Below the pieces are notes generated by a model. The model saw only the letters and a list, made by a program, of their open reading frames with translations, did no database searches and was not told where the DNA came from. From Candidatus Elarobacter sp. (GTDB taxonomy: Bacteria; Vulcanimicrobiota; Vulcanimicrobiia; Vulcanimicrobiales; Vulcanimicrobiaceae), in contig DASZBS010000021.1 in NCBI GenBank assembly GCA_035943995.1, forward strand, positions 58,604 to 122,603: 64,000 nucleotides of DNA, written 5' to 3'. This document shows, piece by piece, positions 28,474-37,704 of the stretch (the first letter of the stretch is position 1; each line of letters begins with the position of its first letter). Both the position numbers and the translations under genes were made by a program.

Positions 28474-30279
28474 ATGATGACGAGCCCAGCCGACCTGCCC
28501 GGCACGGCGGAGCTGCCGACCCTGCCGGCCTTCATTGCCGAGCACCTCGCGAAGCCTCGACCGATCGCCCTCGCCGAGCTGCGGGGTGGCCGCACGGTCG
28601 CGCTGAGCGCCGCCGACGTCCACCGGCGCGCCGCCGCCGTCGCGCACGCGCTCCGGGCGCGCGGGGTGGGGCAGGGCGACCGGGTCGCGATCCTCGCCAA
28701 CAACTGCGTCGACTGGCTGCTCGCCGACTTCGGGATCCTGTACGCCGGCGGCGTCGTCGTGCCGATGTTCGCGACGACCGCCGACGACCAGATCCGGTTC
28801 ATCCTCGCCGACAGCGCGGCGAAGCTGGTGTTCGTCGACGACGCGAAGTGCGCTGCGCACGTCCGCGCGGCGGTGCCGAACGCACCGCCCGTGGTGGCAT
28901 TCGACGACGACGGCGACGACGGGTTCGCGGCGCTGGTGCGCGCGGGCGAGGCGCTGAACCGCGACAACGCTGTGCTCGCGGCGTACCACGACGGCATAGG
29001 GCTCGACGAACTCGCCGTGCTCATCTACACGTCGGGTACGACGGGTCAGCCGAAAGGCGTGATGCTGTCGCATCGCAACCTCGTCGCGAACACCGTCGAC
29101 GCGTTCGATCCGGCCGAGAGCGCGCAGCACGAAGGGCAAGTCGCGCTGTCGGTGCTGCCGTTCGCGCACATCTTCGAGCACACCAACGCGCTGGGCTATC
29201 TCTACAACGGGCTGATCCACTACGTCACCACGCCCGAGCGCCTGCTCGAAGACCTCAAGGTGATTCGGCCCAACTTCGTGGCGTTCGTGCCGCGCATCTT
29301 CGAGCGCCTCATCGCGGGGATCGTCGGCAAAGCGCGCGACGCGGGCGGCTTCAAGGCGAAGCTCGTGCCGTGGGCGCTCGAGGTCGGCACCGCGTACGAA
29401 CGCGCGGTGCGCGACGGCGGCCTGTCGCCGCTGCTGCGCGTCAAGCACGTGCTCGCGAACAAGCTGGTGCTGTCGAAGATCCGCCCGACGCTCGGGCTCG
29501 ACCGGCTCGAGTACTTCGTGAGCGGCAGCGCGCCGCTGCACCGCGACACCGCGCTCGCGCTCGCGGCGATGGGCCTGAGCATTCTCGAAGGCTACGGCTT
29601 GACGGAGACGTCGCCCACCGTCACCGTGAACCATCCCGCCGACAACGAGCTCGGCACGGTCGGCACGCCGGTGAAGAACGTCGAGGTGAAGATCGCCGAC
29701 GACGGCGAGGTGCTCGTCAAAGGCCCGAACGTCATGCTGGGCTACTATAAAGTCCCGCGCGAGGAGCAGCCGTTCACCGCCGACGGCTGGTTCCAGACCG
29801 GCGACATCGGCGCGTTCGACGAGCGCGGGCATCTCGTCATCACCGACCGCAAGAAAGAGCTGTTCAAGAGCAGCGGCGGCAAGTGGATCTCGCCGTCGCG
29901 CATCGAGACGGCGATCAAACGGTCGATCTACGTCGGCCAGGTGATGGCGTTCGGCGCGAACCGCCCGCACCCGGCCGTGCTCGTCGCGCCGAACTGGGAT
30001 CTGATCCGCAAAGAGCTCGACATCCCCGCGGACACGCCGACCGCGACGATGGCGACGGACCAGCGCGTGCGCGCGCTCGTGATCCGCGAGATCACCGCCA
30101 ACACGGCGGAGCTCGCGTCGTACGAGCGGATCCAGCGCATCGCGATCCTGCCGCGCGATCTGACGGTCGACGACGGCGAGCTGTCGCCGACGCTCAAGAT
30201 CAAGCGCCGCGTCGTCGAGCAGCGGTATGCGGCCCTGATCGAGCAGGCGTACGCTGAAAACCTGCGCGAGCGGGAATAA
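28474..30279 (+). CDS. Long-chain fatty acid-CoA ligase (FadD/ACSL type)
   Basis: YTSGTTGQPKG, LP.AHIFE, EGYGLTETSP, TGDIG, TDRKKEL, LSPTLKIKR. Confidence 0.93.
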   Translation: MMTSPADLPGTAELPTLPAFIAEHLAKPRPIALAELRGGRTVALSAADVHRRAAAVAHALRARGVGQGDRVAILANNCVDWLLADFGILYAGGVVVPMFATTADDQIRFILADSAAKLVFVDDAKCAAHVRAAVPNAPPVVAFDDDGDDGFAALVRAGEALNRDNAVLAAYHDGIGLDELAVLIYTSGTTGQPKGVMLSHRNLVANTVDAFDPAESAQHEGQVALSVLPFAHIFEHTNALGYLYNGLIHYVTTPERLLEDLKVIRPNFVAFVPRIFERLIAGIVGKARDAGGFKAKLVPWALEVGTAYERAVRDGGLSPLLRVKHVLANKLVLSKIRPTLGLDRLEYFVSGSAPLHRDTALALAAMGLSILEGYGLTETSPTVTVNHPADNELGTVGTPVKNVEVKIADDGEVLVKGPNVMLGYYKVPREEQPFTADGWFQTGDIGAFDERGHLVITDRKKELFKSSGGKWISPSRIETAIKRSIYVGQVMAFGANRPHPAVLVAPNWDLIRKELDIPADTPTATMATDQRVRALVIREITANTAELASYERIQRIAILPRDLTVDDGELSPTLKIKRRVVEQRYAALIEQAYAENLRERE

Positions 30280-30286
30280 CCTGGGG

Positions 30287-30754
30287 ATGACGCACAACGC
30301 ACGAAGAGCAGGCGCGGCGTTGCTTGCCGCCGCGCTCGCGCTCGCGATCCCGCTGACCGGAGCGGCCCAATCGACGATGACCGGGAGCCAGCAAACCTCG
30401 TTGCTGCAATACGCACTCGTCCACATCGACGCCGAGACCCACACGCTCGCGACGATGAAGAATCACATCTCGTCGCGCGACATCGTCACGGTGTTCGTCA
30501 CGCAGGCCGGCACGGCCACCCGGCAGCTGCTCGCGCGCTCGGCGAGCCGCAACCGGCACGCCGCGCTGGAAGACGCGCTGTCCAAAGCGACGGTCGCGGA
30601 TGTGGACCGTAACAACGGTCAGAGCGAAGACCAGAGCTCGCTCGCCGAATACTTGCAGCACCTGCGGATCAATCCGAACGCCGTCATCGCAGTCGACGTC
30701 GATCCCCGCCACGACCCGCAGAACCCGCGGGTCACGGTGTTCTACCGCGGCTAG
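30287..30754 (+). CDS. Secreted hypothetical protein
   Basis: Signal peptide; host-like codon usage; GGGG upstream. Confidence 0.65.
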   Translation: MTHNARRAGAALLAAALALAIPLTGAAQSTMTGSQQTSLLQYALVHIDAETHTLATMKNHISSRDIVTVFVTQAGTATRQLLARSASRNRHAALEDALSKATVADVDRNNGQSEDQSSLAEYLQHLRINPNAVIAVDVDPRHDPQNPRVTVFYRG

Positions 30755-30839
30755 GCCGAAGGTCCTCACTCTCGGCGCGCCGTCCCATGGCCCAGGTTAT
30801 GACCTCTCGCCTCTTCCGTGGTAATATCACCGGGGAGGG

Positions 30840-32987
30840 GTGTTGATGTTGCCGTTATTCCGATCGAGCCGCGTTCGAGGATTGTGCGTTATCCTCGCAA
30901 TAGCGATCGCTGCGTGCACGCCGTCGCACGGCAAAACGGTGCCGTCCGTTCAGAACGCGGATCGGCTGAAAACCGCTGGGCTCGCGAACGGGCGTGACGG
31001 CGGACGCGCCGGAACGCTTTATGTCGCGACTTCGAACGCCGTGTACGATTTCGATCTCGGGGTCCGCGGTGATGTGCGGCCGAACGGCAGCCGCTCCGGG
31101 GCCTATTTCGAGAGTCGCGCTGGGGATCGCGACGCTTCCATCGCCGGCGTCGCGACCAACGAAGCCGGAGATCTCGCAATCGTGGAAAACGAAGCGAGCC
31201 GTCGCGCAGTAGCGGAGCCGTGCGAGATCGTGTATGTGCCGGCGCGTAGTCGGGACTCTGCCGAGCACGTCATGCGGGGAACCTGCGGCACCCGCGGGGG
31301 AGCCTATCCGCCAGGCACGGCGCTCGGAATTGCCTTTATCCGGCGCCCGCCGCGACGTGATATTACGACGCTCCACCGGAGAAGCGTGCGGCTCAGCGCC
31401 GCGGCGCCGACGACGCCGCAGCAAGTGCTTTACGTCGGCCGCCTTACGGCACCGGGACAAGTGGAGCAGTATAGCCTCCCCATCACGTCGTCATCGACAC
31501 CGCCGAATTTTTCGTTCCACTCCGACAATGTCAACTCACTGGCTGTCGACCGAAACGGAAACGTCGCTGTAGGTGAGATATTTAAGACGCTGCGGTTCTT
31601 TAGCGCGCTGATCAGCGCATCCAGCACTCCGAGCGCTGAATTTTACAACCATAGCGCGAATGCGTATACTGGCCAGCTGGCTCTTACGCCGCTCGGAGAC
31701 TTATGGGCACCCGCAGAGATCGAGACCCCGCTCACCACTAACCATATCTACTTTTATACGCAACCGTTCACCAACGCGAGCACGCCTTCGGCAGCGATCG
31801 ACGTCCCGGGCGGCTTCGCCCCTCAGGGGGCTGCGCTCGACAGCGCACAGAACCTCATCATATCGGCGCAATCCCCTACGAATCCGACCGTGTTGATGGT
31901 TTACCCTCCGCCGTATACCGCGGTAACCACGACGACGCCGCTCACCCAAAGCGACCATATCAAACTTACCGTCAACGGAGCGCAGCTCTTCGTCGTCGAC
32001 TTTTACGGGGGCGTCGACGTTTATGACTTGCCGCTCACATCTCTGAGTGTACCCGCGTTTACCATCACGGGCGTACATCACCCGCAGGATGTAGCCTTTG
32101 ATGCATCAGGCAATCTCTATGTCGCAAATGACGGTGCAGTTACGATGTATAGCCCGCCATTTTCCGCGTCGAGTGCTCCCTTCATGACCCTTGTCCCCCC
32201 GCCGCCTCTCATGACTACCGTGCTCGGAATTGCGATCGGTGTCGTCGCGACGCCGACGCCCGTGCCGACCGCGACGCCGTCACCTCAACCGACGAACACG
32301 CCATCGCCACTGCCGACGAGTACGCCGTCGCCGCAGCCGACGGCTACCCCCGATCCCAACGGTCGCCCCGGCGACCTTGCCGTGCTTATGAGCTACGGAT
32401 CATCGGTGGGACCGCGATCGGACGCATGCGGCGTACCCGGCGGTTATGCAGTCGATCGCTATGGCATTGGCTCCGAGCGCATCGTTCCGACGGGGTGCAT
32501 CGAGGTTCCCGGCCCTCGCACCGCGATCAGTGGCGGAACCAACGGTGCCTTTGGACTTGACTACACGACGGGCGGCCTGACGCGCGTGGATCATTACGGC
32601 CCGGGCGGTCCGGTCGATGCGACGGTGACCGCTCCGGGCTCCGCCGGACCACTCGCGGCCGCGACGCAGGTTTCGAACAGCTCGCAGTATTATGCCGTTG
32701 CAACCGTCTCATCGGGCCATACGACGATCTACCGGTACCAATTTAATGGCATCGGATTTCAGCCGCTTCACGAGCTGGGGAAGTTCGACGACATGGTCGC
32801 CGCGATCGCGATCGACGACGACGGAATCGTCTACGTGGGGCTCAACGGGCGCGATGGGCGCTCGCGAGTCAGCGTGTATGGCCGGCAAGAGGACGACGCT
32901 GCAAGACCCGGCCACGTCGTGACCGATCCCATTCGCGCTCCCGCACGCGGTTCGACTGCGATCGTCGGCCTAGCCGTCGCCAAATGA
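30840..32987 (+). CDS. Large secreted/lipoprotein with beta-propeller-like (NHL-like) modules and a Pro/Thr linker
   Basis: Lipobox-like IAACT; LYVA, VAFDASGNLYVAN and IAIDDDG.VYVG blades; PTPxP linker about 32250-32355. Confidence 0.7.
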   Translation: MLMLPLFRSSRVRGLCVILAIAIAACTPSHGKTVPSVQNADRLKTAGLANGRDGGRAGTLYVATSNAVYDFDLGVRGDVRPNGSRSGAYFESRAGDRDASIAGVATNEAGDLAIVENEASRRAVAEPCEIVYVPARSRDSAEHVMRGTCGTRGGAYPPGTALGIAFIRRPPRRDITTLHRRSVRLSAAAPTTPQQVLYVGRLTAPGQVEQYSLPITSSSTPPNFSFHSDNVNSLAVDRNGNVAVGEIFKTLRFFSALISASSTPSAEFYNHSANAYTGQLALTPLGDLWAPAEIETPLTTNHIYFYTQPFTNASTPSAAIDVPGGFAPQGAALDSAQNLIISAQSPTNPTVLMVYPPPYTAVTTTTPLTQSDHIKLTVNGAQLFVVDFYGGVDVYDLPLTSLSVPAFTITGVHHPQDVAFDASGNLYVANDGAVTMYSPPFSASSAPFMTLVPPPPLMTTVLGIAIGVVATPTPVPTATPSPQPTNTPSPLPTSTPSPQPTATPDPNGRPGDLAVLMSYGSSVGPRSDACGVPGGYAVDRYGIGSERIVPTGCIEVPGPRTAISGGTNGAFGLDYTTGGLTRVDHYGPGGPVDATVTAPGSAGPLAAATQVSNSSQYYAVATVSSGHTTIYRYQFNGIGFQPLHELGKFDDMVAAIAIDDDGIVYVGLNGRDGRSRVSVYGRQEDDAARPGHVVTDPIRAPARGSTAIVGLAVAK

Positions 32988-32988
32988 A

Positions 32989-33498
32989 TTAGGCCGGTTT
33001 GTCCTCGAGGATCATCAGCGTCGACGTGCCCGTCGCGTACACCGTGCCGTTCGCGTCGACCAGATGCGCTTCGGACGTCGCCGTGCGGCGGCCGGCGTGC
33101 ACGACGTGCGCGTCGGCGAACACCTTTCCCGTGGCGGCCGTCACCGGGCGGTGAAAGCGCGTGTGCAAGTCCATCGTCGTGGCGACCCGGCCGGCGGGGA
33201 GCACCGATTGCACCGCACTGCCGAGCGCGTTGTCCATCAGCGTCGTGATGATGCCGCCGTGTACCGAGCCGATCATGTTGTAGAGCTTCTCCTCGGGCAT
33301 CATCGCGAACACGACACGACCGCGCTCGGCGGTTTCGAGCGAGAAGTTCATCCAGCGCGTGATGTTGGTGGTCGGGATCTCGCCGCGCTGCATCATCTGC
33401 AGCGCTTCGAGCCCGTCCATGCGCCGGAAGGCGTCGACCGCGTGCGGGTACGTGTGCGGCGCGGCCGCGCCGCCAGCGTGCGAGCCCGGCTCGCTCAT
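32989..33498 (-). CDS. PaaI family thioesterase
   Basis: N.IGSVHGGI..TLMD..LG, T.DL..RFHRP, GRRTA motifs. Confidence 0.9.
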   Translation of the reverse strand: MSEPGSHAGGAAAPHTYPHAVDAFRRMDGLEALQMMQRGEIPTTNITRWMNFSLETAERGRVVFAMMPEEKLYNMIGSVHGGIITTLMDNALGSAVQSVLPAGRVATTMDLHTRFHRPVTAATGKVFADAHVVHAGRRTATSEAHLVDANGTVYATGTSTLMILEDKPA

Positions 33499-34469
33499 CA
33501 GACGGGCACGGTCGTCGCGGCGTGGTGGACGCCGTGGTGCGATTCCATCATCTCCAGGTATTTCTCTGCGTCGATGGCGGCCTTGCAGCCCATCCCCGCC
33601 GCCGTCACGGCCTGCTTGTAACGCACGTCGTAAACGTCGCCTCCGACGAACACGCCCGCGACGTTCGTGCGCACGCCGTCCTCGCTGACGATGTAGCCTG
33701 CGTCGTCCAGCGTGATCTGCCCGCGGAAGATGGCCGTGTTCGGGTCGTGCCCGATCGCGATGAACAGCGCGTCGGCGGGCAGCATCGACTCCTCGCCAGT
33801 GACGAGGTTCTTCAAGCGCAGCGCGGTGGTGCTGTGCTCGCCGACGACTTCCTCGACCGCGCTGTTCCAGATGAACTCGATCTTCTCGTGGTTGAGCGCG
33901 CGCTCGGCCATGATCTTCGACGCGCGCAGCGTGCCGCGGCGGTGGATCACCGTCACCTGCGAGCCGAAGCGCGTGAGGAACAGCGCTTCTTCCATCGCGG
34001 AGTCGCCGCCGCCGACGACCACGATGTGCTTGTTGCGAAAGAACGCGCCGTCGCACGTGGCGCACGTGGAAACGCCGCGCCCGCGCAGCCGTGCCTCGCC
34101 CGGGATATCGAGCCAGCGCGCGCTCGCGCCCGTCGCGACGATGACGCTGTCGGCCGTGTACTCGTCCTCGGCGGTGCGTACGACCAGCGGCCGCTTGGAG
34201 AAGTCGACCTCGGTCACGTCCATGTTGTGCACGATCGAGCCGAACCGCTCGGCCTGTTTGCGGAACGCCTCCATCAGCTCGGGCCCCATGATCCCGTCCG
34301 GGAAGCCGGGATAGTTCTCGACCTCCGTCGTGAGCATGAGCTGCCCGCCGTACATGTGGCCGGCGAAGACGATGGGCGCGAGGTTGGCGCGGGCGGCGTA
34401 GACGGCGGCGGTGAGGCCGGCGGGGCCTGAGCCGATGATGATCAGCTTGGTGTGGGTGGGGACGGGCAT
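33498..34469 (-). CDS. trxB: Thioredoxin-disulfide reductase
   Basis: GSGPAGLTAA, GGQL..TTEVENYPGF, CATCDG, GGGDSAMEEA, YKQAVTAAG.GC. Confidence 0.96.
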   Translation of the reverse strand: MPVPTHTKLIIIGSGPAGLTAAVYAARANLAPIVFAGHMYGGQLMLTTEVENYPGFPDGIMGPELMEAFRKQAERFGSIVHNMDVTEVDFSKRPLVVRTAEDEYTADSVIVATGASARWLDIPGEARLRGRGVSTCATCDGAFFRNKHIVVVGGGDSAMEEALFLTRFGSQVTVIHRRGTLRASKIMAERALNHEKIEFIWNSAVEEVVGEHSTTALRLKNLVTGEESMLPADALFIAIGHDPNTAIFRGQITLDDAGYIVSEDGVRTNVAGVFVGGDVYDVRYKQAVTAAGMGCKAAIDAEKYLEMMESHHGVHHAATTVPV

Positions 34470-34513
34470 TCCGCCTTCTTCAACCCGGTACGGGTTGCGT
34501 CCGGTTCAGGCTC

Positions 34514-35277
34514 TTACTCGGGCCGGCGGGGTCGTGGGTCCCAGTGGTTGTCCGGCGCCATGACATACGGGTTGACGCGCCTGTACCGCCCGGGCGGAAC
34601 GGCGTCGCCTGCGGCGTCCACATCGTCGCCGGCGATACGCAATATGCTCGTGCGCGTCTCGCAGCGCAGCCGCATCGTGCCGCGCTCTACGGTCGCGCCG
34701 TAGCGATACTGCGGACAGCCGTTCGGCGTCGCAGTCGCGAAAATCCGCCGAGGCCGTTCTCGCCGACGTAGAGGGTGACGCCGCCGCGGAACGTGCCGAG
34801 AAACGCCGTCGCCGGGTCGTTGCGCCGCCAGCGGATCCGCGCGGTCGCACCGTCGAGTGCCAGCAAGATGCCCTCGAGCCGCAGTGATGCCGAGCTCTCG
34901 CCCACGCCCGTGTAGCGCACGCGCCGCGCGCCGTAGTCGATCTGCAGATTCACCGCCTGGGCATCGATATTCGCCGTCGGGTATTTGTCCGGGAGCGTCT
35001 CGGGATGCTGCGCCGCGATCCACGCAGCGAGCGGCGCGAAATCGAAGACGCCGGAAAACTTCCCATGCAGTGGCGCGAAATCTCCGCCGGCATACGTGGC
35101 ACGTCCGTCTGCCAAGAAGCGCACGACAAATGCGGGGCACGTCCCATAGCACGGTGTCTTCTGCATCGTGATCGAGGTGATCGCGCCGAGACCCGAATTC
35201 TCCGGCGGCGTTCCTCGCAGCCCGCCGCACGCGGCGAGCGCGACGACCAGCGAGACCGCGGTGACGAGCAAGCGCAT
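34514..35277 (-). pseudogene. DUF6438-like lipoprotein split by a 1-nt frameshift near 34740 (or a sequencing error)
   Basis: Lipobox LAAC and TPCYGTCP.F motif in frame 34687-35277; protein-like reading continues in the other frame (ATATPNGCPQYRY...) to the stop at 34514. Confidence 0.55.
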
Positions 35278-35328
35278 CCCCGGGTCTACGCCGGAATCTC
35301 GTGCGGTTCATGCGAAGCGCTCGATACG

Positions 35329-35517
35329 ATGAAGCGCGTCCTCTGGATCCTCATTTCGATCTTCGTCCATCCGCTGGCCGTGGTGCTGATGTGGATCAAC
35401 CTCGCCGGCCGGACGGATCTGAACCCCAGCCAGAAGGTCATTTGGGCCGTCGTTGGCATCGTGTGGGGGCTCGGCCCCACGCTCTACCTGCTCGTCGGCG
35501 GCGGAGCGCTCTGGTGA
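35329..35517 (+). CDS. Small membrane protein (PLDc_N-like)
   Basis: 62 aa; K.IWA...I.W..GP.LYLLVG pattern; GTGA-coupled to the next gene. Confidence 0.7.
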   Translation: MKRVLWILISIFVHPLAVVLMWINLAGRTDLNPSQKVIWAVVGIVWGLGPTLYLLVGGGALW

Positions 35518-36362
35518 GCGCCACCGCCGGCTGGCCGCGCATCGCGCTCGAAGACGATCCGTCCGACCTCCTCCGCAAAGCGTCGCGCGGCGCGCGTGTC
35601 GACACCGCGACGCTCGCGCACCGCACGGGCATCGAGGCGCGCGCGATCCAGGCGTGGCTCAAAGGGGACGGCGTGCCGACCGACGACCAGGCGCGCGCAC
35701 TCGCCGTCGTGCTGCGGCTCGACCCCGGCAAGTTCGCCGACGCCGCCGCGCGGCGCTGGTATCCGGGCGCGGAGATCCCGCCCGATGTGCGGCACCATCC
35801 GCACGACCCGCACCCGTCCAACGGCTATCTGTTCTTCTTGCAGGACGGCAAGACGGCGGCACTCATCGACCCGGCCGGCATCCCGAGGACGCTGCTCGAC
35901 GCGGTGAACGCAGGGCCGTACGCGTTGCGCTACATCCTCGTCACGCACAAGCACGCCGACCACTGCGACGCGACGGCGGACGTCGCGCGCGCGTTTCCGA
36001 GCGCGCAAATCGTGATGCACCGCGCCGACGTGCATGCGATCGGCGACCTCGGGCGCAAAGCGATCCCCGTGACCGACGGCGACGAGTTGCCGTTCGGGGA
36101 CGACGCGTCCATCCGCATGTTGCACACGCCGGGTCACACCGACGGCTCGTCGTGCTTCCTGTTCCGCTCGACGCTGTTCAGCGGCGACACGCTGTTCGCG
36201 GGCTCGGTCGGCGGTATCTTCGCCGACGTCTCGACATACGAGGACTTACTCGCGAGCGTGCGCTTCAAGCTGTTCGCGCTCGACGACGAGACGGTCGTGA
36301 TGCCGGGCCACGGCCCGCCGACGACGATCGCGCAGGAGAAGGCGCACAACCCCTTCTTCTGA
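35514..36362 (+). CDS. MBL-fold metallo-hydrolase with N-terminal HTH-like domain
   Basis: THKHADH, TPGHT, FSGDTLF, PGHGP.TTI..EK..NPF; N-terminal helix-turn-helix-like segment. Confidence 0.88.
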   Translation: MSATAGWPRIALEDDPSDLLRKASRGARVDTATLAHRTGIEARAIQAWLKGDGVPTDDQARALAVVLRLDPGKFADAAARRWYPGAEIPPDVRHHPHDPHPSNGYLFFLQDGKTAALIDPAGIPRTLLDAVNAGPYALRYILVTHKHADHCDATADVARAFPSAQIVMHRADVHAIGDLGRKAIPVTDGDELPFGDDASIRMLHTPGHTDGSSCFLFRSTLFSGDTLFAGSVGGIFADVSTYEDLLASVRFKLFALDDETVVMPGHGPPTTIAQEKAHNPFF

Positions 36363-36367
36363 TCGCC

Positions 36368-37078
36368 CTAACAGCCGTTCGTCGCGCCGACTTCGTGGCG
36401 CACGCCTTCGTGCTCGTCTTCCTTGATCATCCGCATGCGCTCGACGAGCGTCGCCGCCATGTCGCGCAGCTTCGGCGCATCGGCCGGGCTTCGCCCTCCG
36501 TTGTCGGACCCCGACACCATGGCCCCCATCTTGCCGCCGAACGGATCCTCGTCCGTGATCGCGCGCGCGGCGACGACATCCGCGTGGGCACCGATCAGGA
36601 AGAGACCGCGCTTCACCTCGTGCGCGGCGTCCTTCTGGCGCGCCAGCGCGCCCGATAGTGCGTCGGCGAACGCCTTGAGCTCGCGCTTGCGCCTGTCGTC
36701 GGTCGAGGCGGCGGCGAGCGCGCGCAGCCTGTCGACCGCGGCTTGCGCTTCGCCGACGTCGGACTCGATCGACGTAGCCCATTGCGCGAGAACGTCGACG
36801 GCAGGCGTCTTGTCTTTGCCGACGGTCGCGTTCACGCTGATCCGGTCCATCACCGTCGCCAGCGAAATGATGCGCCGGTCGTTGCGCACCGCGCCCGTGA
36901 TCGCCACACTGGCCTGCGCGATGATCGCCTGACACGCTGAATTTGCGCGAACGCGCCCGATCTCGGGGAGCGTGGTGGCCGCCGGCGAGGGTTCGGCTGC
37001 CGGAACGGGCGAGGCGGTGGTCTCCGCGGCCATCGCGACGGCCACGTTCAGCAGAACGGCCGGAAGCCAGGCGGTCAT
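36368..37078 (-). CDS. Secreted helical hypothetical protein
   Basis: Signal peptide, Pro-rich linker, LPEIGRVRA..C motif, coiled-coil character. Confidence 0.6.
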   Translation of the reverse strand: MTAWLPAVLLNVAVAMAAETTASPVPAAEPSPAATTLPEIGRVRANSACQAIIAQASVAITGAVRNDRRIISLATVMDRISVNATVGKDKTPAVDVLAQWATSIESDVGEAQAAVDRLRALAAASTDDRRKRELKAFADALSGALARQKDAAHEVKRGLFLIGAHADVVAARAITDEDPFGGKMGAMVSGSDNGGRSPADAPKLRDMAATLVERMRMIKEDEHEGVRHEVGATNGC

Positions 37079-37101
37079 CGCGGCGCGCGCTTCATGCGCC
37101 G

Positions 37102-37704
37102 CTACTCCGGCGGCCGGCTCAACGCTTCCCGCTCGGGCGGCGGGCGGTCCAGCGCTTCCCGCTCGACATGCGCTTCGACGTGCGTGGTCGACGACGAGCG
37201 GGCGTCGCGGTCCACCAGCTCGGCGAGCGCCGCGGCGCGCGCTTGCAGCGACAGCGTCCGCTCGCGCGCGTCTTCGAGCAGCGTGCGGATCTCCGCGTGC
37301 GCGGAGCTCACGCCGGCGATCGCGCCGTGCGCCGCGATACCGGCTTTTGCCGCGGCGGCCCGCGCGCGCGTGATGTCGCGCTCGGCGCGCAGCGCGTCGG
37401 CGCGGCGGCGCAGCTCGTGCGCCGCGTCGTCGAGCGCGTCCTCGCGCGTTTTCAGCTCCTCGATCTCGGCGCGGAACGCTTCGACCGCCTCGTGCTGCGT
37501 CGCGCTGCGCTCGTACGAGGTGAGTTGCATCTCCAAGCGCTTGCGCGCCGTGAGGAGCTCGACGAGGTGGCCGCGCACCTCGTCGACGATCTCGAGCTGC
37601 GTGTGGTACGCGGCATCGACCGACGCTGCGGGGTCGTCGAGGCGCGCGATCTGCGAGCGCGCCTCCCCCGTCAGCAGCCGGCCGATGCGCGCCCAGAGGC
37701 TCAC
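37102..37704 (-). CDS. PspA/IM30-like coiled-coil protein
   Basis: MSLWARI.., DDP...VD.AY..QLE, A.K.LE.Q, ..L.ARAAAL pattern. Confidence 0.7.
   Translation of the reverse strand: MSLWARIGRLLTGEARSQIARLDDPAASVDAAYHTQLEIVDEVRGHLVELLTARKRLEMQLTSYERSATQHEAVEAFRAEIEELKTREDALDDAAHELRRRADALRAERDITRARAAAAKAGIAAHGAIAGVSSAHAEIRTLLEDARERTLSLQARAAALAELVDRDARSSSTTHVEAHVEREALDRPPPEREALSRPPE

Noticed and set aside
32250-32355. Pro/Thr repeat in the secreted protein as a distinct repeat element
   Set aside because: An ordinary PT linker with degenerate codons.
34481-34497. CAACCCG-gta-CGGGTTG hairpin just upstream of trxB
   Set aside because: Short 7-bp stem without a U-tract; not enough to call a terminator or riboswitch.
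34735-34750. Programmed -1 ribosomal frameshift in the lipoprotein gene
   Set aside because: GGATTTT is not in the X XXY YYZ phase of the zero frame; an indel or error is more parsimonious.
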